This document shows positions 38,108 through 47,749 of a DNA stretch of 64,000 nt, piece after piece (the stretch's first letter is position 1; the number at the start of each line of letters is the position of its first letter). Origin of the DNA: Candidatus Daviesbacteria bacterium (GTDB taxonomy: Bacteria; Patescibacteriota; Microgenomatia; Daviesbacterales; UBA10151); the NCBI GenBank assembly GCA_016176405.1, contig JACOXG010000013.1, positions 398 to 64,397 of the forward strand, in the 5' to 3' direction. The notes beneath the pieces are model-generated. The model was not told the origin of the DNA. It saw only the letters and a list, made by a program, of their open reading frames with translations, and searched no databases. The position numbers were made by a program, and so were the translations under genes.

Positions 38108-40990
38108 TTACTTCTTAAAGACCACCTCAAAACTTCTATCTTCTGATAAATCTGTTTTGATGACTCTTTCTTGCGGACTAACACTACTGGTCGTGGATGA
38201 CACTATCTGATAATTAATTGGATAGGTAATCTTCCATTCAAAGGGATCTTTTAAAGTCCCCATCTGCTTAATCACATCCAATCTATAAGTAGTTTGATTT
38301 TGTTGAAAATTTAGTTTTTCCCCCAAGTTATAATCTAACACCAAGATTTTTTGCTCCTTAGGTTGCAGTTCCAAAGTTAAAGAGTATCCTACCCTACCAA
38401 AGTCCACAAAAGAGCTCACTTCTTTGGTTATATCTGTCTCCCCCCACAACACTCTGACCATTTTAGTGCCAAAAGGCAAATAGACCCTCATTCTGTTCCT
38501 GTATCTGCCGGCGGGAAAAGCATTAGAGGGAGATCTATTCAGATAATTAATTCTTAATCTATGAGCTACTTCCCCATCTTTACCTATTACCGTTTCCAAA
38601 TTGTAACTGCGATCCAAATAGTAGTTCGCCTTATTGGCCCCTAAATTAGCCTCCACTGGAAAGAGAAAATCTGATAATTGCCCTATTTGTGGTTGGGCTG
38701 GCCTGGGCATCAGTGAGGCCCATCTTTGTGAGACCACATAAGAGAAAAGTTTGGGATCCTCCAAATAAATGGCCATGTGTTTGCCTGCCAAGGATTGACC
38801 TAAAGCACCCACAATGGCTGGCCAATTAGGATGAGGCAAAAAGAAAACCTTATTGAGTACTCCTCCAGTTAGGGTGGTCAGGAAAGTTTTTTTGGCCTGA
38901 GAACCGGGGAAAAAACCTTGCTCAGAATGAGAGATGGCTTTTTCAAAAAGATTTTCGTAAGTTACTTGCTCCCCATAATCGGGCAGATCAATAGGACCCA
39001 AAACAGAGAGCAAATTCTCCATGGCTGTCACATCTAAAGCAATCACTCCCAAAACTTTTTGTCCTGTTTCCTGATTATAAAACCAGGAGGCTTGTCTGGC
39101 AGAGGTGGGAAAATCTGGCTCCCAGTTGGAATCCCTTAAAAACCAGCCTGTTTGAGCCAAATCCTCAGCTATTTCTTTGGGGGGTTCAACATGAACTTTT
39201 AGCTGTCCATCAACAGTGTAAACATCATTAACCTCCAGTTTTTTCAGCTTACCTGCCTCAAAAGTGATGGTGCCAATTGACCCAATAAAGCCGCCTCCTG
39301 GACGAAGTTCCATATTATTTTGTAAAAGTACCAGATAACTCTTACTGGGATTTTCCGCTTCCGAACCAACCACCTCTGGTAAAATAGACACTGATGATCT
39401 GCCCTTTTCCACCAAACTTCGGTAAGTTATTAATTTCTGCTCCAAAGACTTAACTCTCCCTCTTAAAATAACCGGAACAGAGGAAGAAAAATTTTCATCC
39501 TTAAATAAAGCTTCTGCCAAAGATAAATCTTCTTCTGCCCGGCTCAAATTAGCATATGCCTCATCAAAGTAGGACTTGGGGCTATCTGCTCTTTCTCCGG
39601 TCACTGCTTCCAAACCCTGATACAAAAATTCAATCCCCAAAACAGTTGATTTGGCAGAAGATACGGACAGACTGGCTATTTTTGATAAATTATCTCCTGC
39701 CTCAAAAAGATCAGCCAAAAAATTAATATTTCTTAAAACAGATAGTGACTCGAAGATGGCCTGGGATTGTAGTACCCCATCCTCTGCCTGTTCAATTCTT
39801 TTTAAGCTCTGATTAAAATCTCCCTCAGATAGGAGGTTAACCGCCTCTGTCAACTGATATCGAAAGGTGAGCACTCCCCAACTTAAAGAAATAATTGGCC
39901 AAATCAGACTGTAAAAAATTAAACCTAAGGCAATTAACAGATAGATTTTGCCCGGTTTCATCTTTAATTTTGGCAGATTTAACCTTAACCTAGGGGTTTT
40001 TTTAACCTCTGGCTCTGGCTTCTTTGGAGCAATTGCCTTCAGTTCTGCTTCCTTTTCCTCTCTCCATTTTTTCTGCTGCCAAGCTATTTCTTCCTCAACC
40101 TTAGGCAATCTAACCTCATTATCCTTAAAAAATTCTAGAGTTTTTCTTAAAGCCTCCACCAAACTTACTTTTGGTTTCCAGTGCAAAAATTTTAGAGTTT
40201 TATCCAAATTAGGGGTGGGCCAAGGTGGTAACTGATCTGGTGTAAAACCCCTGGTATCAAACCAAACAGGATCCAAAAGTATTTGTTTTATCTCAGCCAC
40301 TTTAACGGGAGTTGGAGAAACTCCGTCAAAGATTTTCTGGGCAGTGGCTCCAGCCAAAATACATTTGATCATTAAATCAGCCGCATCATCTACATATAAG
40401 GCTCTTGAGGAAAATTCCAAATTGACATTTTTCTGTAACTCATCTTTTAGTGAGGCCACAATTAGGCTTACGAGCGGGTCTTTGGTTTTAAAATCCATTC
40501 TGGGACCAAAAACCGCTCCCAGTCTTAAGATCCTGGCGTTTAAATTATGTTCTTTGGCAAATCTGGCCAGTCCGACTTCGTTTTCTTTAAACCATTCTCT
40601 CTCAGCTGGAATTTCCCGATCATAAAGATCGATCCAGGAGATAAAGACACAGCGGCAATTACTCTTTTTAAATAGCTGTAGAATTTGATCCATATCCCAG
40701 CCAGGAGAAGCTGCTAAGAATAGATAATCCAATCTGTTTAAGTCCAAATCTAAATTTTTAGCATCTGTATCGATTAAATGAAAATTTTTATTCTTAATAG
40801 CCTCCTCTAAGTTAGACCTAAATCCATCGGAAAAGTTGTCTACTCCAATCACCTGAATATTTTTATCAAGCAGCTTATCCACCACATGAGATCCCAAAAA
40901 ACCAGCTGCACCCACCACCATTGCTACTGGAGTATTTCGCGAAAGCTGAATAATATTCTTTTGTTTGCTATAATTGCCGAGCTCGTCCAC
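38108..40990 (-). CDS. fusion protein: N-terminal NAD-dependent epimerase/dehydratase (SDR) domain + TM segment + C-terminal DUF4012 domain
   Basis: Rossmann VVGAAGFLGSHVVDKLL at the N-terminus; Pro/Lys linker; TM helix (IYLLIALGLIFYSLIWPII); a long extracytoplasmic domain with the DUF4012 architecture common in CPR and actinobacterial cell-wall loci. Confidence 0.55.
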   Translation of the reverse strand: MDELGNYSKQKNIIQLSRNTPVAMVVGAAGFLGSHVVDKLLDKNIQVIGVDNFSDGFRSNLEEAIKNKNFHLIDTDAKNLDLDLNRLDYLFLAASPGWDMDQILQLFKKSNCRCVFISWIDLYDREIPAEREWFKENEVGLARFAKEHNLNARILRLGAVFGPRMDFKTKDPLVSLIVASLKDELQKNVNLEFSSRALYVDDAADLMIKCILAGATAQKIFDGVSPTPVKVAEIKQILLDPVWFDTRGFTPDQLPPWPTPNLDKTLKFLHWKPKVSLVEALRKTLEFFKDNEVRLPKVEEEIAWQQKKWREEKEAELKAIAPKKPEPEVKKTPRLRLNLPKLKMKPGKIYLLIALGLIFYSLIWPIISLSWGVLTFRYQLTEAVNLLSEGDFNQSLKRIEQAEDGVLQSQAIFESLSVLRNINFLADLFEAGDNLSKIASLSVSSAKSTVLGIEFLYQGLEAVTGERADSPKSYFDEAYANLSRAEEDLSLAEALFKDENFSSSVPVILRGRVKSLEQKLITYRSLVEKGRSSVSILPEVVGSEAENPSKSYLVLLQNNMELRPGGGFIGSIGTITFEAGKLKKLEVNDVYTVDGQLKVHVEPPKEIAEDLAQTGWFLRDSNWEPDFPTSARQASWFYNQETGQKVLGVIALDVTAMENLLSVLGPIDLPDYGEQVTYENLFEKAISHSEQGFFPGSQAKKTFLTTLTGGVLNKVFFLPHPNWPAIVGALGQSLAGKHMAIYLEDPKLFSYVVSQRWASLMPRPAQPQIGQLSDFLFPVEANLGANKANYYLDRSYNLETVIGKDGEVAHRLRINYLNRSPSNAFPAGRYRNRMRVYLPFGTKMVRVLWGETDITKEVSSFVDFGRVGYSLTLELQPKEQKILVLDYNLGEKLNFQQNQTTYRLDVIKQMGTLKDPFEWKITYPINYQIVSSTTSSVSPQERVIKTDLSEDRSFEVVFKK

Positions 40991-41048
40991 GCGTAAATCG
41001 TAGCACGTTAGATTAGGAATGCAAGAGAGATCAAAGGTGACATTCTAT

Positions 41049-41113
41049 GTCATCCCTTCGGGTCTGAGCCTCAGGGTCGAAGACCTGAGCGAGTGAAACG
41101 AGTCGAAGGATCT
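41049..41113 (+). repeat. extended copy of the dispersed GTCATCC..CGAAGGATC repeat family
   Basis: gtcatcccttcgggtctgagcctcagggtcgaagacctgagcgagtgaaacgagtcgaaggatct; lies in the rnhA / DUF4012-gene spacer. Confidence 0.55.
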
Positions 41114-41114
41114 A

Positions 41115-41522
41115 TTACCGGGAATCCAGGGCTTGGTTAGCCAACCTATCTGCCAGCGTATTTTTGGATCTGGGAATATGGCTATAGATCACTCCCCCAA
41201 GCTCCCAGGAGAGAATTTTAATTTTTTCAATGATTGGTTTTAAGTGCTTGGCTTTGATTTTAAAATTACCCGACAGCTGTTCTGCTACCAGCTTTGAGTC
41301 TGCAAACAGTGCTACTTTGGGGTGACGATGACCATAATCTTTTTTGGCATGTTTTAAAGCTTCCAAAACCGCTGTATATTCAGCCACATTATTGGTAGTT
41401 TTACCAATGTATCTACCCTCCTCATACAATAGCTTGCCATTCTCATCTGATATAGTAAAGCCATACGATGAAGGGCCAGGATTGCCGCGAGAAGCTCCAT
41501 CTGTATAGATAATAAGCTGCAT
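41115..41522 (-). CDS. rnhA: ribonuclease HI
   Basis: MQLIIYTDGASRGNPGPSSYG...(D,E,D,D residues)...NTLADRLAN is the canonical RNase H fold. Confidence 0.85.
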   Translation of the reverse strand: MQLIIYTDGASRGNPGPSSYGFTISDENGKLLYEEGRYIGKTTNNVAEYTAVLEALKHAKKDYGHRHPKVALFADSKLVAEQLSGNFKIKAKHLKPIIEKIKILSWELGGVIYSHIPRSKNTLADRLANQALDSR

Positions 41523-41532
41523 ATTTTGACCT

Positions 41533-42738
41533 TTATTTATTGCGTATCAAGATAAATGCTTGTAGAAATAAAATCAAGTACTCAGAGATGACTGTGATCC
41601 AAGATGCAGCATAAAATGAGTATTTCGGAATATAAATAAAATTGAGAGAAAGATTAATGACCAAGCCCAATCCATAAACAAGTAACATTTGTTGGTACTG
41701 ACCTCTGGTGACTAAAATCCACATTATCAGAGCTGACAGAAAATATGCTGGAAAACCCAAAGACAGAATTTGTAAGCTGATGGTAGAACCTGAAAATCCC
41801 CCACCAGTTAGAATTTGGATAATGGTGGGTGAAAAAATAAAGGTCAGGATAGTTCCAGCTGAGGATAACCCCAACAGCCCCAGACCAACCAGTTTAATCC
41901 CTCTCAACGATTTCAACATCAGTGGATAATAAGCATTCATAATAAATGTTGGCAAAACCAAGGCTGTTTGAAAAACTGAAAAAGCCAAATTATAAATACC
42001 TACCTCAGAACCAGATTTAAAATAGGCCAAAATAAAAGCATCAGCCCTAAAATAAACTACATTCAAAGCCAAGGTAGTAGCAATCGGCCAAGAAGCTTTA
42101 AATAAGTGTTTCGTATATGGTATGTCGTAAATAGGAAGAGCAGTCTTTGCTAATTTATAAATCAAAAACAGGGCTACCAAAGCTATCATCAGCCATGAGA
42201 GCAAATGAGCTAAAAGTAAAAGGGGGATTGGTAATTGTAAAAAAATTAGATAGGCAAATATGCCTAGGCCAAAAATTGTACCAAATGATGATGCCAAAAC
42301 TGATAAATCGTATCTAAGTTTGGATTGGAAGATCAGATTACAAGTTACAAATATAGCTGAAGCCATAATTGCTAAGGAGCCAAATAAAACAGCCTGAGAA
42401 AATGGGGCAGTGGCAAAGGGCCAAAAGGGTAGTAGCCCCACTGCCACAAATATCAACACCACAGACCAGATTATTCGTGTTCCCAAAAGTTTCTGCCATT
42501 CAGCCTTGACTCTTAACTCTAGACTCTTGACTCTCCTCAGAACATGAGCATTAAATCCAAAATCGCCTAAAAGATAAAATATGGCCAAATAGGTGAGTGC
42601 TAAAGTAAAAATCCCAGTTCCTTCCTCACCATAATTTCTGGCCACCAGTCCCAAAATAATAAAAGTAGATAGGGAAGTGACTACTTTCCCCAACACCTGC
42701 CAGAGGGTTTGTTGGGAGATTTTAAGAAGATTTGGCAT
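41533..42738 (-). CDS. polysaccharide biosynthesis protein / oligosaccharide flippase (MOP superfamily, Wzx-like)
   Basis: 401 aa, about 12 TM helices; N-terminal pattern typical of the Polysacc_synt family. Confidence 0.5.
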   Translation of the reverse strand: MPNLLKISQQTLWQVLGKVVTSLSTFIILGLVARNYGEEGTGIFTLALTYLAIFYLLGDFGFNAHVLRRVKSLELRVKAEWQKLLGTRIIWSVVLIFVAVGLLPFWPFATAPFSQAVLFGSLAIMASAIFVTCNLIFQSKLRYDLSVLASSFGTIFGLGIFAYLIFLQLPIPLLLLAHLLSWLMIALVALFLIYKLAKTALPIYDIPYTKHLFKASWPIATTLALNVVYFRADAFILAYFKSGSEVGIYNLAFSVFQTALVLPTFIMNAYYPLMLKSLRGIKLVGLGLLGLSSAGTILTFIFSPTIIQILTGGGFSGSTISLQILSLGFPAYFLSALIMWILVTRGQYQQMLLVYGLGLVINLSLNFIYIPKYSFYAASWITVISEYLILFLQAFILIRNK

Positions 42739-43957
42739 TTTTCCATTCTAACATGGACAAAGAGATTCCCCAGATTAAAAAAAGTAATCTATAGCCTTGG
42801 GGTAAAGTTAGAAAGTAGTGGTCAAATAGACCCAGGAAAATGATGACAACCCAGATTAAAAGTAGAGTTTTGGGTTCAGGGTTGGTGGTTCTAAGTTTAA
42901 AAAGCTTCCAAATTGGATAACCAATTAACCCTAACAGCCCCAACAACCCTAAAATTCCCGTTTCAGCCAAAGCTAAAAGGAAAATATTATGTACTGGTTG
43001 TAAAAATCTGGAAGGCCCAGATACTAACCCCTCAGATGAAGCTGGAATAAAATTATTTAAGCCTATTCCAAAAATAGGCGAGCTTAAAAACATCTGCCAG
43101 GCACTGATTGAGAGCTCTTCTCTTCTTATAAGTGTCAAGCTATCAAAACTAAATAAAGCCTCGAATCTAGTAAAAAGAATGGGGGAGAGGATAATTAATA
43201 ATAATACTAAAACTATTTTCCACCTTCTTGACAAAGTCATCATGGCCATAGCCACTCCAGCTATCAAGGCTACTCTGGAGACAGTTAAGAGTAGTGTGAT
43301 TGTGCCTAGAAGCATTGATAAATTTAAAAGCCCCCCTCTCCTGTTTACCCCTTGATAGGCAATCCATGACACCAACATTATTCCAATAACCATAAATCCT
43401 GCCAAAACATTAGGGTGAGGAAAAGTGGCGTATGGCCTTAAAAATTCGAAGCCCCGGAAATCAAATTTGGCAATGGCAGGGGTGGTAATAGAAAAAGTCC
43501 GCTCCCCCAAGATCCAAAGTCCAATAGTCCCTCCCTTTAAAAACTGCAGGATGGCCAAAATAGATTCTCCCAAAATGGCCAAACTTAGTGGTAAAAACAA
43601 CTTTCCCCTTAACACTTCCCACTTTGCACTTGCTATATAGATCCCAAATAAGCCTGCCATTAAATATTGATCTAATCTGACCAACCCTGCTCCCAAATTA
43701 CCGTTAACCAGTGAAAGGCTTTGGGATAAAATAAAAAAGAGAAATAAATTTAAGGCCTTTTTGTTGATGGGCTGTCTTTGGATTAGCCAGACTACCAAAA
43801 GTAATCCCACCAAAAGATCCCAAAAATAGATGGTGGGCGAGAGGTAATCAACTCTTAAGGAGAAAATATAACTAAACTGGGGCCAAAAATGCTTCCCCAA
43901 TTGCGTTGGAAGAAAGAGCAGGGTTAAAAAAAGAAATATTGCCTCAACTCTCTTCAC
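42722..43957 (-). CDS. O-antigen ligase / Wzy_C-family polytopic membrane protein
   Basis: 411 aa, more than 10 TM helices with a periplasmic-loop region typical of the O-antigen ligase family. Confidence 0.45.
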   Translation of the reverse strand: MKRVEAIFLFLTLLFLPTQLGKHFWPQFSYIFSLRVDYLSPTIYFWDLLVGLLLVVWLIQRQPINKKALNLFLFFILSQSLSLVNGNLGAGLVRLDQYLMAGLFGIYIASAKWEVLRGKLFLPLSLAILGESILAILQFLKGGTIGLWILGERTFSITTPAIAKFDFRGFEFLRPYATFPHPNVLAGFMVIGIMLVSWIAYQGVNRRGGLLNLSMLLGTITLLLTVSRVALIAGVAMAMMTLSRRWKIVLVLLLIILSPILFTRFEALFSFDSLTLIRREELSISAWQMFLSSPIFGIGLNNFIPASSEGLVSGPSRFLQPVHNIFLLALAETGILGLLGLLGLIGYPIWKLFKLRTTNPEPKTLLLIWVVIIFLGLFDHYFLTLPQGYRLLFLIWGISLSMLEWKNAKSS

Positions 43958-44453
43958 TTTTCACTTTTGACTTGCCACTTTGCTCGCTTCGCGAAGCGAG
44001 CACTTTTATTACAATGTGTCTATCTCTTCCCTCACCCATACTTTCAGTTTCCAATCCTTCCATCTCACCAATGGCTGTGTGTACTACTCTTCTTTGCCAA
44101 GCTGACATTGGCTCCAGCTCTAAATTTTCTTTAGTTTCCAAAACTTGATTGCCCCAATTTTCAGATTGTCTTTTTAAATCCTCCTCTTTCTGTTTTCTCC
44201 ATCCCCCCACATCTACTATCACTCGCTTGAATCCGTCAGCTGACGGACTTTCTCCCGCCTTTCGAGACACCATCTGGTTAATTAAAAGCTGTAAAGCCTC
44301 CAAAGATTCACCTCTGGCTCCAATCAGCCTTCCTGCATCTTTAGTTTCAATTGAGACTGAAAAATTTTCCTCAGTCTCCTCAATATCATAACTACCCTCA
44401 AGAAGGAGAAGTCCTAATAGATTGTCCAAAATTTCTGATAATTGTTCTTCCAT
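43944..44453 (-). CDS. jag: Jag/KhpB-like RNA-binding protein (KH + R3H domains)
   Basis: GRLIGARGESLEALQLL is a KH-like GxxG motif; R3H region EPMSAWQRRVVHTAI; sits in the conserved rnpA-yidC-jag arrangement. Confidence 0.7.
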   Translation of the reverse strand: MEEQLSEILDNLLGLLLLEGSYDIEETEENFSVSIETKDAGRLIGARGESLEALQLLINQMVSRKAGESPSADGFKRVIVDVGGWRKQKEEDLKRQSENWGNQVLETKENLELEPMSAWQRRVVHTAIGEMEGLETESMGEGRDRHIVIKVLASRSEQSGKSKVKSEES

Positions 44454-44499
44454 GTTATTTAAATTCCAAAAACCAAATTACAAATTTCAAACAAGTTTG

Positions 44500-45348
44500 T
44501 TATTTGGTGCTTGGAGTTTTGAATTTGCCGACGAAATCGGCCATTCCTCCCCAGCCAGCAATTCGATGCTGCTGAATAATCCCTAGTATTGTATAGGCAT
44601 TCCAATAAATTGCAAGTCCAACAGGAAAAGTGAAGGCAAAATAGCCAATCATAATTGGCATCAAGAAAACCATCTGAGATTGAACCGCTGACATACTATC
44701 CTCCATACTCTCCTTTTCCTTCTCCTCTTTGGGTGAATCTGAGGGGTAATGTTTAATCGGCCTTGGCAAGGTCATTTTTGATTGAACAAAGGTCAAAAGA
44801 GCAGTGATTAAGGGCACAGATACTAAAGATATGCCATATTTACTAAAGTCGGAAGGTTTAGCTCCCAGATTTAGCCCAAAAAAGTTGGGATCCGGAAAAT
44901 TATCAAGATGTAGCCAGGGAAAATATAAAATAGAATTAATCCAGCCTAAATTGCCATTTTGCATCCCAGGCAAAATATTAATAATAGCCTGATAAAGACC
45001 AATAAAAATTGGTATTTGTATCAAGGCTGGCAAGCACCCCCCAGCTGGATTTACCCCATGCTCTTTATATAAAGCCATTTGGGCAGAAGCCATAGCCTGT
45101 TTATCATCTTTATGTTTTCTTTTTAACTCATCCAAGTGGGGTTTTAAATCAGCCATTTTCTTGGTAGCTTTAATCTGAGAAGTCATCACAGGCCAAACCA
45201 ACAGCCTAATTAAAACAGTCAAAATAATCAGAGCAAATCCTAAGCTACCGGGAATATGAAGAGAGTTCAAACCATAATAAATCAAAAGCAACAAATTGAT
45301 AATTGGTATTAAAAATAAAGTATTAAAAATATCGCCTATTGCACCCAC
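44500..45348 (-). CDS. yidC: membrane protein insertase YidC (short Oxa1-type)
   Basis: GCLPALIQIPIFIGLYQAI conserved TM2/TM3 region; five-TM core; downstream of rnpA and yidD. Confidence 0.85.
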   Translation of the reverse strand: MGAIGDIFNTLFLIPIINLLLLIYYGLNSLHIPGSLGFALIILTVLIRLLVWPVMTSQIKATKKMADLKPHLDELKRKHKDDKQAMASAQMALYKEHGVNPAGGCLPALIQIPIFIGLYQAIINILPGMQNGNLGWINSILYFPWLHLDNFPDPNFFGLNLGAKPSDFSKYGISLVSVPLITALLTFVQSKMTLPRPIKHYPSDSPKEEKEKESMEDSMSAVQSQMVFLMPIMIGYFAFTFPVGLAIYWNAYTILGIIQQHRIAGWGGMADFVGKFKTPSTK

Positions 45349-45373
45349 GTTTTTTGACTCCTTTCACTTATTT

Positions 45374-45574
45374 TTATCTACAACTCCAAATTCTTTTTAG
45401 GCCCATCCACCCACCATGGATAACCCCATACTGTATGATGGACTGTTTGGTATATTCAGAACAACTTATTGGATATTTACATGCCCCCCCAGGAGTAAAG
45501 ATAGACATTAGCCCATGGTCAAATGACAAATATATTTGATAAAAATTGATTAGACTAATCAACAATTTTTTCAT
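45374..45574 (-). CDS. yidD: membrane protein insertion efficiency factor YidD
   Basis: 66 aa; Y..ISP/FTP..CKYPISCSEY..Q...YG conserved Cys pattern. Confidence 0.7.
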   Translation of the reverse strand: MKKLLISLINFYQIYLSFDHGLMSIFTPGGACKYPISCSEYTKQSIIQYGVIHGGWMGLKRIWSCR

Positions 45575-45893
45575 GCTTTAGTGTATCCTCTAAATCCAAA
45601 AGAATGTCTCCTGATTTTACCTCAAGCACCCTATCTTTGGGAAGAGCCACAATATTTATATTTGATGGTAACTTGGCATATAAAGACTCAAAAACTGTTG
45701 AAGTTATTCTTCTGGCCCTATTTCTCTGGGTGGCTTTTTTAAAAATTTGAGCAGATACAGCAATCCCCACCCTAGCGCTCAGATTATCTCCCATCTTTAT
45801 AAAAAGTTTCATATATTTGGTATCAATTCTTTTACCCGCAGATACCCATTTAAAATCTTTTTTTAAATTAAGGCGTTGAGGTTTTGGAAGCAT
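45555..45893 (-). CDS. rnpA: ribonuclease P protein component
   Basis: LPKPQRLNLKKDF...RNRARRITSTVFE is the RnpA RNR motif; immediately follows rpmH. Confidence 0.8.
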   Translation of the reverse strand: MLPKPQRLNLKKDFKWVSAGKRIDTKYMKLFIKMGDNLSARVGIAVSAQIFKKATQRNRARRITSTVFESLYAKLPSNINIVALPKDRVLEVKSGDILLDLEDTLKHEKIVD

Positions 45894-46031
45894 TTAAATG
45901 GTTAAGCGTTTTCTACCACGAGCCCTTCTTCTTTTTAAAACTCTTCTACCATCGTGGGTCTTGATTCTCTCTCTAAACCCATGCTTTTTAGCTCTTTTTA
46001 ATTTTTTTGGTTGGTATACCCGTTTTGGCAA
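45894..46031 (-). CDS. rpmH: 50S ribosomal protein bL34 (probable TTG start)
   Basis: A minus-strand translation gives (M)[44 protein letters not shown], matching the L34 consensus. It is not in the ORF track because it is under 60 aa; the plus-strand 45898-46080 ORF is therefore spurious. Confidence 0.75.
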   Translation of the reverse strand: MPKRVYQPKKLKRAKKHGFRERIKTHDGRRVLKRRRARGRKRLTI

Positions 46032-46182
46032 TCGGAGCGCGCCCCCTTTCTTTGCGCGCGAGATCCACTTGCAAAAATGATCTAAATGATCATTTTTGAC
46101 AAGGGCTAAAGGAGTATATCATAACTTGATCTACTTTTTAATAGTTTCTCTATCTTGTCAATTAAATCTTTCTGGATTATTT

Positions 46183-46210
46183 TGTGGATAACTGATTTGA
46201 CTTATCCACA
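46183..46210. promoter_or_regulatory. pair of inverted perfect DnaA boxes (TGTGGATAA ... TTATCCACA) upstream of dnaA
   Basis: Read directly at 46183-46191 and 46202-46210; the rpmH-dnaA intergenic region is the classic oriC / dnaA-promoter location. Confidence 0.7.
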
Positions 46211-46216
46211 AGTCAA

Positions 46217-46247
46217 ATCATCCTGAGGAGTCTGCGACGAAGGATCT
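46217..46247 (+). repeat. copy of the dispersed repeat immediately upstream of the dnaA start; its GAAGGAT end supplies an SD-like sequence
   Basis: atcatcctgaggagtctgcgacgaaggatct, then catcc ATG. Confidence 0.5.
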
Positions 46248-46252
46248 CATCC

Positions 46253-47572
46253 ATGGATAATCAAAAACTCTGGCACAAATTTTTAGATACTATCAAACCC
46301 CAAGTTAGTTCTGCTAATTTTAAAACCTTTTTTTCCAAAACCAAAATCAACCAAGAGAATGATAAAATAATTTTATCTACCCCCTCTGCCTTCATTGAAG
46401 AAACCCTTAAAAAACGTCACCTGCCTCTCATCCAGCAAATTTTTGATGATATCTTAGGCAAAAAAGTTAAGATTGAATTTTTAATCAGCGGTGAAAACGG
46501 TCAATCAAAAAAGAAGGAGGAAGATGATTTTTTCTCTCCCATCACCATTCAATCCTCTTATTCTTTAAATCCCAAATATACCTTGGAAAATTTTGTGGTG
46601 GGGCCTTCCAATAATGTGGCATTTGCTGCAGCTCAAGCAGTAGTGCAAAATCCCGGCACTTCCTATAACCCTTTATTTGTCTATGGAGGAACAGGAGTAG
46701 GTAAGACTCATCTGATGCTTGCAATCGGAAATGCTATCTTCAAAAAAAAACCCTCGGTCAATATTATCTATTGTTCTTCGGAAAAGTTTATGAATGATTA
46801 TGTGGCAGCCATCCAAAATCACAGGATGATTGATCTAAGAAACAAATATCGCTCAGCTCAAATTCTTTTGATTGATGATGTGCAGTTTTTCTCCGGGCGC
46901 GAAGGCACTCAGGAGGAATTTTTCCATACCTTCAATGAGTTGCAATCAAAAAACTCCCAGATGATTATCACCTCAGACAGATCGCCTCATGAGATTGCCA
47001 AACTAGAGGATCGGTTGAGAAGTCGTTTTGCCGGAGGTTTAATGGTGGATATCCAACCTCCTGATTTTGATACCAGAGTGGCTATCCTTAAGGCCAAATG
47101 TACTGAGTGGGGTAGCCTACTTCCTGAGGATACCCTCAGGCTGATTGCCTCATCAACTGAATCCTCTATTAGGGAGCTGGAGGGAAGATTGATGCAAATT
47201 CTACAAATTTTAAAAGCCCAAAATTTGGAGCCTTCGTCTGAAAATATTGCCCTTTATCTTAAAGAGCCTCAAAAATCTCTTAACCTAAATCATAAACAAG
47301 TCATCTCAGCAATTTGTAGCTATTTTGATCTTTCCCTCAAAGATTTAACTGGTCCCAAAAGACAAAAAGAGTTGGTTTTACCTCGTCACATCACCATGTA
47401 TATTTTGGCTGAGGAGTTGGGGATGACTGTGGAAAAAATTGGACAACTGCTGGGTGGTAGAGACCACACCACAGTCATGCATGGTAGGGACCGGATCAAG
47501 AAACAACTTGCCAAGGATAGAGAAATTCAAAGATTATTTATGGAAATTAAAAACTATTTCCAAACTATTTAG
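46253..47572 (+). CDS. dnaA: chromosomal replication initiator DnaA
   Basis: AAA+ Walker A GGTGVGKTHL, Walker B LLIDDVQF, sensor motifs, and a C-terminal DNA-binding domain (MYILAEELGMTVEKIGQLLGGRDHTTVMH). Confidence 0.95.
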   Translation: MDNQKLWHKFLDTIKPQVSSANFKTFFSKTKINQENDKIILSTPSAFIEETLKKRHLPLIQQIFDDILGKKVKIEFLISGENGQSKKKEEDDFFSPITIQSSYSLNPKYTLENFVVGPSNNVAFAAAQAVVQNPGTSYNPLFVYGGTGVGKTHLMLAIGNAIFKKKPSVNIIYCSSEKFMNDYVAAIQNHRMIDLRNKYRSAQILLIDDVQFFSGREGTQEEFFHTFNELQSKNSQMIITSDRSPHEIAKLEDRLRSRFAGGLMVDIQPPDFDTRVAILKAKCTEWGSLLPEDTLRLIASSTESSIRELEGRLMQILQILKAQNLEPSSENIALYLKEPQKSLNLNHKQVISAICSYFDLSLKDLTGPKRQKELVLPRHITMYILAEELGMTVEKIGQLLGGRDHTTVMHGRDRIKKQLAKDREIQRLFMEIKNYFQTI

Positions 47573-47749
47573 TTTTCCACTTAAAACTTCACTTTTCCAC
47601 AATTTATCCACTAAATAACCACCATTTTTTAACACGAAATAAAAACGAAAAATGAATATAAATTTTTCATTTTTCAACATATCCACAGGACATATTAATA
47701 ACTATTACTGTTTTAAATATGTAGTATAATCTAACCTCTCTGTGGATAA
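47573..47749. promoter_or_regulatory. oriC-like region: at least 5 DnaA-box matches plus an AT-rich unwinding-element-like stretch between dnaA and dnaN
   Basis: TTTTCCACA (47593-47601), TTATCCACT (47604-47612), ATATCCACA (47669-47677), TGTGGATAA (47741-47749), and an AT-rich aaataaaaacgaaaaatgaatataaatttttcatttttcaac. Confidence 0.6.

Noticed and set aside
45898-46080. Plus-strand 60-aa ORF ([17 protein letters not shown]...)
   Set aside because: It is the antisense shadow of rpmH. The minus strand at the same place translates to a consensus-matching bL34 sequence in the canonical rpmH-rnpA position.
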